DNA from: Octopus sinensis
Taxonomy: Eukaryota
Assembly (NCBI RefSeq): GCF_006345805.1
Contig: NC_042997.1
Coordinates: 154,938,001-155,002,000 of the forward strand
Length of the DNA: 64,000 bases
Direction: 5' to 3'
Shown here: piece after piece, positions 61,313 through 64,000 of the stretch
Layout of the letters: each line of letters starts with the position of its first letter
Position numbering within the stretch: position 1 is the stretch's first letter
Notes under the pieces: generated by a model
Databases searched by the model: none
What the model was told of the DNA's origin: nothing
Seen by the model: only the letters and a program-made list of their open reading frames with translations
Translations under genes and position numbers: made by a program

Positions 61313-61373
61313 CTTTTCACAACTGCGGACTGGAATTTCAAGATAATTTTTGTAGTTTCATTAAAATCCTTCC
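61313..61373 (-). CDS. DEPDC5: DEPDC5 penultimate coding exon (61 nt)
   Basis: CTTTCTCTTCAG acceptor and AG|GTAAGG donor. Encodes (G)KDFNETTKIILKFQSAVVK(R) and joins the next exon to give FQSAVVKRFGFI (cf. human FQEAIAHRFGFV). Phases fit both neighbours. Confidence 0.9.
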
Positions 61374-61899
61374 CTGAAGAGAAAGAATAAAAAGACCAAT
61401 TTTTCAAATAACTTTCTAAAAGTCTTTGAGAAGACATGAGAAAGTAGAGTATTTATGATTAACACACTTACACACAAACACTGTTAACTTTCATTATACT
61501 AGGTATATATTACTTGTTAAGATAAACATCCTAAAGGCCAAAGTGCATCCAACATTATTTTTGAAGTATCAAGTAATTTTACAATCATTATTGTTTTCGT
61601 TACTTTTGTTGTAGTTAAGGTAGTGAGCTGGTAGAATCATTATGATACCAGGAAAAATGCTGAGTGGCATTTTGTCCATTTTTACATTCTAGGTTCAAAT
61701 GCTGCCAGGGTCAACTTTGCTTTTCATCTTTTCGAGGTCTATAAAAAAAGTTCCATTTGAGAACTGGGGTCAATTTAATCGACTTAACTCCTCCTCTGAA
61801 ATTGCTGGCCTTGTACCAAAAATTTGAGATTATTATTATAATTATTATGATTATTATTACTATAATTAAAGTGGTGAGTGAACTGGCAATCCATTTTAA

Positions 61900-62119
61900 C
61901 CCTTCAGCATTTAAACTGGCCATATCCAGCTCAAATATTCCACTTGTTTTATGTTGAAAGTGATCATATCTTGCCTCTCACACCAACCCTACAATGTCAC
62001 TCAAAATATAAACAATCACATCATAGAGGTCTCGATTGTACGAGAAAATGCATGATTAATTCAAAACAATGTAAATAAATAGGCATTACATTTGACAGTA
62101 TAATCTGAATGCTAAAGGG
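61900..62119. mobile_element. piggyBac-like MITE in a DEPDC5 intron
   Basis: TTAA|CCCTTCAGCATTT...GAATGCTAAAGGG; the right TTAA is degenerate. Confidence 0.7.
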
Positions 62120-62154
62120 TCAGTGTTAGTAGGGTATGATTTGACCCTGTAGAG

Positions 62155-62626
62155 CAGTGTTTCAAGCTTTTTACCCTTGTGTAACCCTTAAAATAAATTA
62201 CATATCTCAAGGAACCCTTGCACGAAAAAAATTATATACCATATCTTTCTCATATTTTTTCATCATAGTTCACGTGGTAAATATCACATGCTAGCATGGA
62301 AAACGGACGCTAAATGATGATGATGATGATGATGATGATGATGCATGTGTGTGTGCATGCTTGCGTGTGTACATACATACATTCATACATACATACATAC
62401 ATACACACATACATACATATGGTTGTTTTATTTTTTTGATAACATAATAGATTAGACAGGATGATGTCTATATTACAATACTGTAGTAATCAATAATATT
62501 TTGTGCATGTATTGTAATAGTATGATCATGAAATTAGCATTAGTTTATCTCACTCTTTCTCATGGAACCCCTAGAAGCCTTTTGCAGAACCCTAGTGTTT
62601 CAGAGAACCCCAGTTGAGAAACGCTG
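62155..62626. mobile_element. hAT MITE in a DEPDC5 intron with a nested retroelement 3' tail and microsatellite
   Basis: CAGTGTTTC...GAGAAACGCTG termini; perfect TSD CTGTAGAG (62147-62154, 62627-62634); nested CATGCTAGCATGGAAAACGGACGCTAAA(TGA)n. Confidence 0.88.
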
Positions 62627-62731
62627 CTGTAGAGATTTCATCATGTGTGGGTGTGGGTACAGTGATAAATTTTTCTGAGTGCAACTGTGCATGCTTACAT
62701 GTTGTCATATACATCAACAAATAAAGTTTAC

Positions 62732-62900
62732 CTTCGATACACCCTGACGCTAAGCATTTAATACAAGAGAGATCCATTTTTAGGGTAAATGGTCCTCTTA
62801 AAGGATCTGATTGAGGCCACTGTGGTAAAGCAAATGGATCCAGAGGTACAGGTAAGAGATGGAACCCGCCGTTCTGGGTTTTCCGAGACCACGTGTAAAT
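62732..62900 (-). CDS. DEPDC5: DEPDC5 internal coding exon (169 nt); the gene continues upstream beyond the window
   Basis: TTCTTTTCAG acceptor and AG|GTAAAC donor. Encodes IYTWSRKTQNGGFHLLPVPLDPFALPQWPQSDPLRGPFTLKMDLSCIKCLASGCIE(G), cf. DEPDC5 [47 protein letters not shown]. Confidence 0.92.
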
Positions 62901-63145
62901 CTGAAAAGAAACAAATATTTCAATGATAAATTAAACAAACCAAAATGAAAACAATACAATAGCAGAAGTGTTAGTAACCAGATCAAGGATTTATGAAGAA
63001 ATATTTTCAAAAGTGGTAGGCATTCAGAAGGGTATTCAGTTGTAGTAGGAATCAGAACAGACATTAGGGCTCAACACAGCCCTCTGACCTGTCAGATGTT
63101 GATAAAACACCCAACCGATACCAGTATGGAATATGGATGCTAAAC

Positions 63146-63176
<31 letters not shown>

Positions 63177-64000
63177 GTGATGATGGTGATGATGATGTTG
63201 TTGTTGTTTGAGCCTAAATCAACCCTGCAGCTCACGAGTTCTCTGTAAAACTGTCCAACCCATGCTAGTGTGGAAAGCAGACATTAAAAATGATGGTGGT
63301 GGTGGTGATGATGATGATGATGGTGATGATGTTGTTTGAGTCTAAATCAACCCTGCAGCTCACCAGTTCTCTGTAAAACTGTCCAACCCAAGCTAGCATG
63401 AAAAGCAGACATTAAATGATGATGATGATGATGATGTGATAACGATGACGATAACGATGGTGGTGACGACGACGACTCTACAAAGGTGTGATTGTTTCAG
63501 CTTTGAACATAAAAACTTTAATCTTATTCAGATCAAGTCACTTACGAAACAAGTACAACTCTGAACATAAACTAAGTTCCGAAAGAACATTAATCCCAAT
63601 ACAATAATTGTTTGGCAAAAGGAATAAGAATCCAAAATCAATATTATCAGCAAAATACATTCAATGTTAACAGAAAGACCAAACAAAACAAGTTGGAGAA
63701 AACCACAATGGAAATTACCTTCTAGGTTCTGCTTTTGTTTTTCTTTCGTTTTTTTTTTTTCAAAAAATATTTAAACATGGAGAAGTTTAAAATTTTATTT
63801 TATTGTTATTTCTTTAGCTAAACCCAGACAGAAAGTCAAATATGTGCTGACATTTTCAAAAGTGGGCGGATAAACATCGTTTACAATGTTTATCAGCTCA
63901 CAATGTCACTCAAATACAATTGTAGTTTTATTTTATCAGAAATTTAGAAAGAAAAATGTTTCAGAAGTTCCACCACAAACTAATTCTTTTTACATTTTCG

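Overview
This is AT-rich, microsatellite- and transposon-dense animal DNA. It is most likely a coleoid cephalopod (Octopus), inferred from the 5S sequence and the SINE/LINE repertoire. The only clear host gene is the 3' end of DEPDC5 (GATOR1 subunit): three minus-strand coding exons at 62732-62900, 61313-61373 and 60086-60515, with GT-AG boundaries in consistent phase. The remaining ~59 kb is mostly mobile DNA: three tRNA-derived SINE groups, Penelope-like (RT + GIY-YIG) elements, RTE, R4/Dong, Tx1/L1-like and CR1-like LINE remnants, a complete non-autonomous Gypsy-type LTR element, mariner/pogo/hAT/piggyBac/Merlin-like DNA elements, and a dispersed 5S rRNA copy. The most notable non-coding signal is a set of hammerhead ribozyme (HHR) motifs. 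The best one (minus strand, 14595-14687) has the Schistosoma-type extended architecture plus a U3-A8 compensatory core. Other highlights are an apparently ORF1-only LINE that shares its 3' tail with a SINE subfamily, SINE concatemers with a recurring identical junction, an LTR pair with discordant U5 ends, and a ~185-bp duplication flanking a SINE. All calls were made by eye without database searches, and boundaries of decayed elements are approximate. Most ORFs in the supplied track are microsatellite or repeat artefacts.
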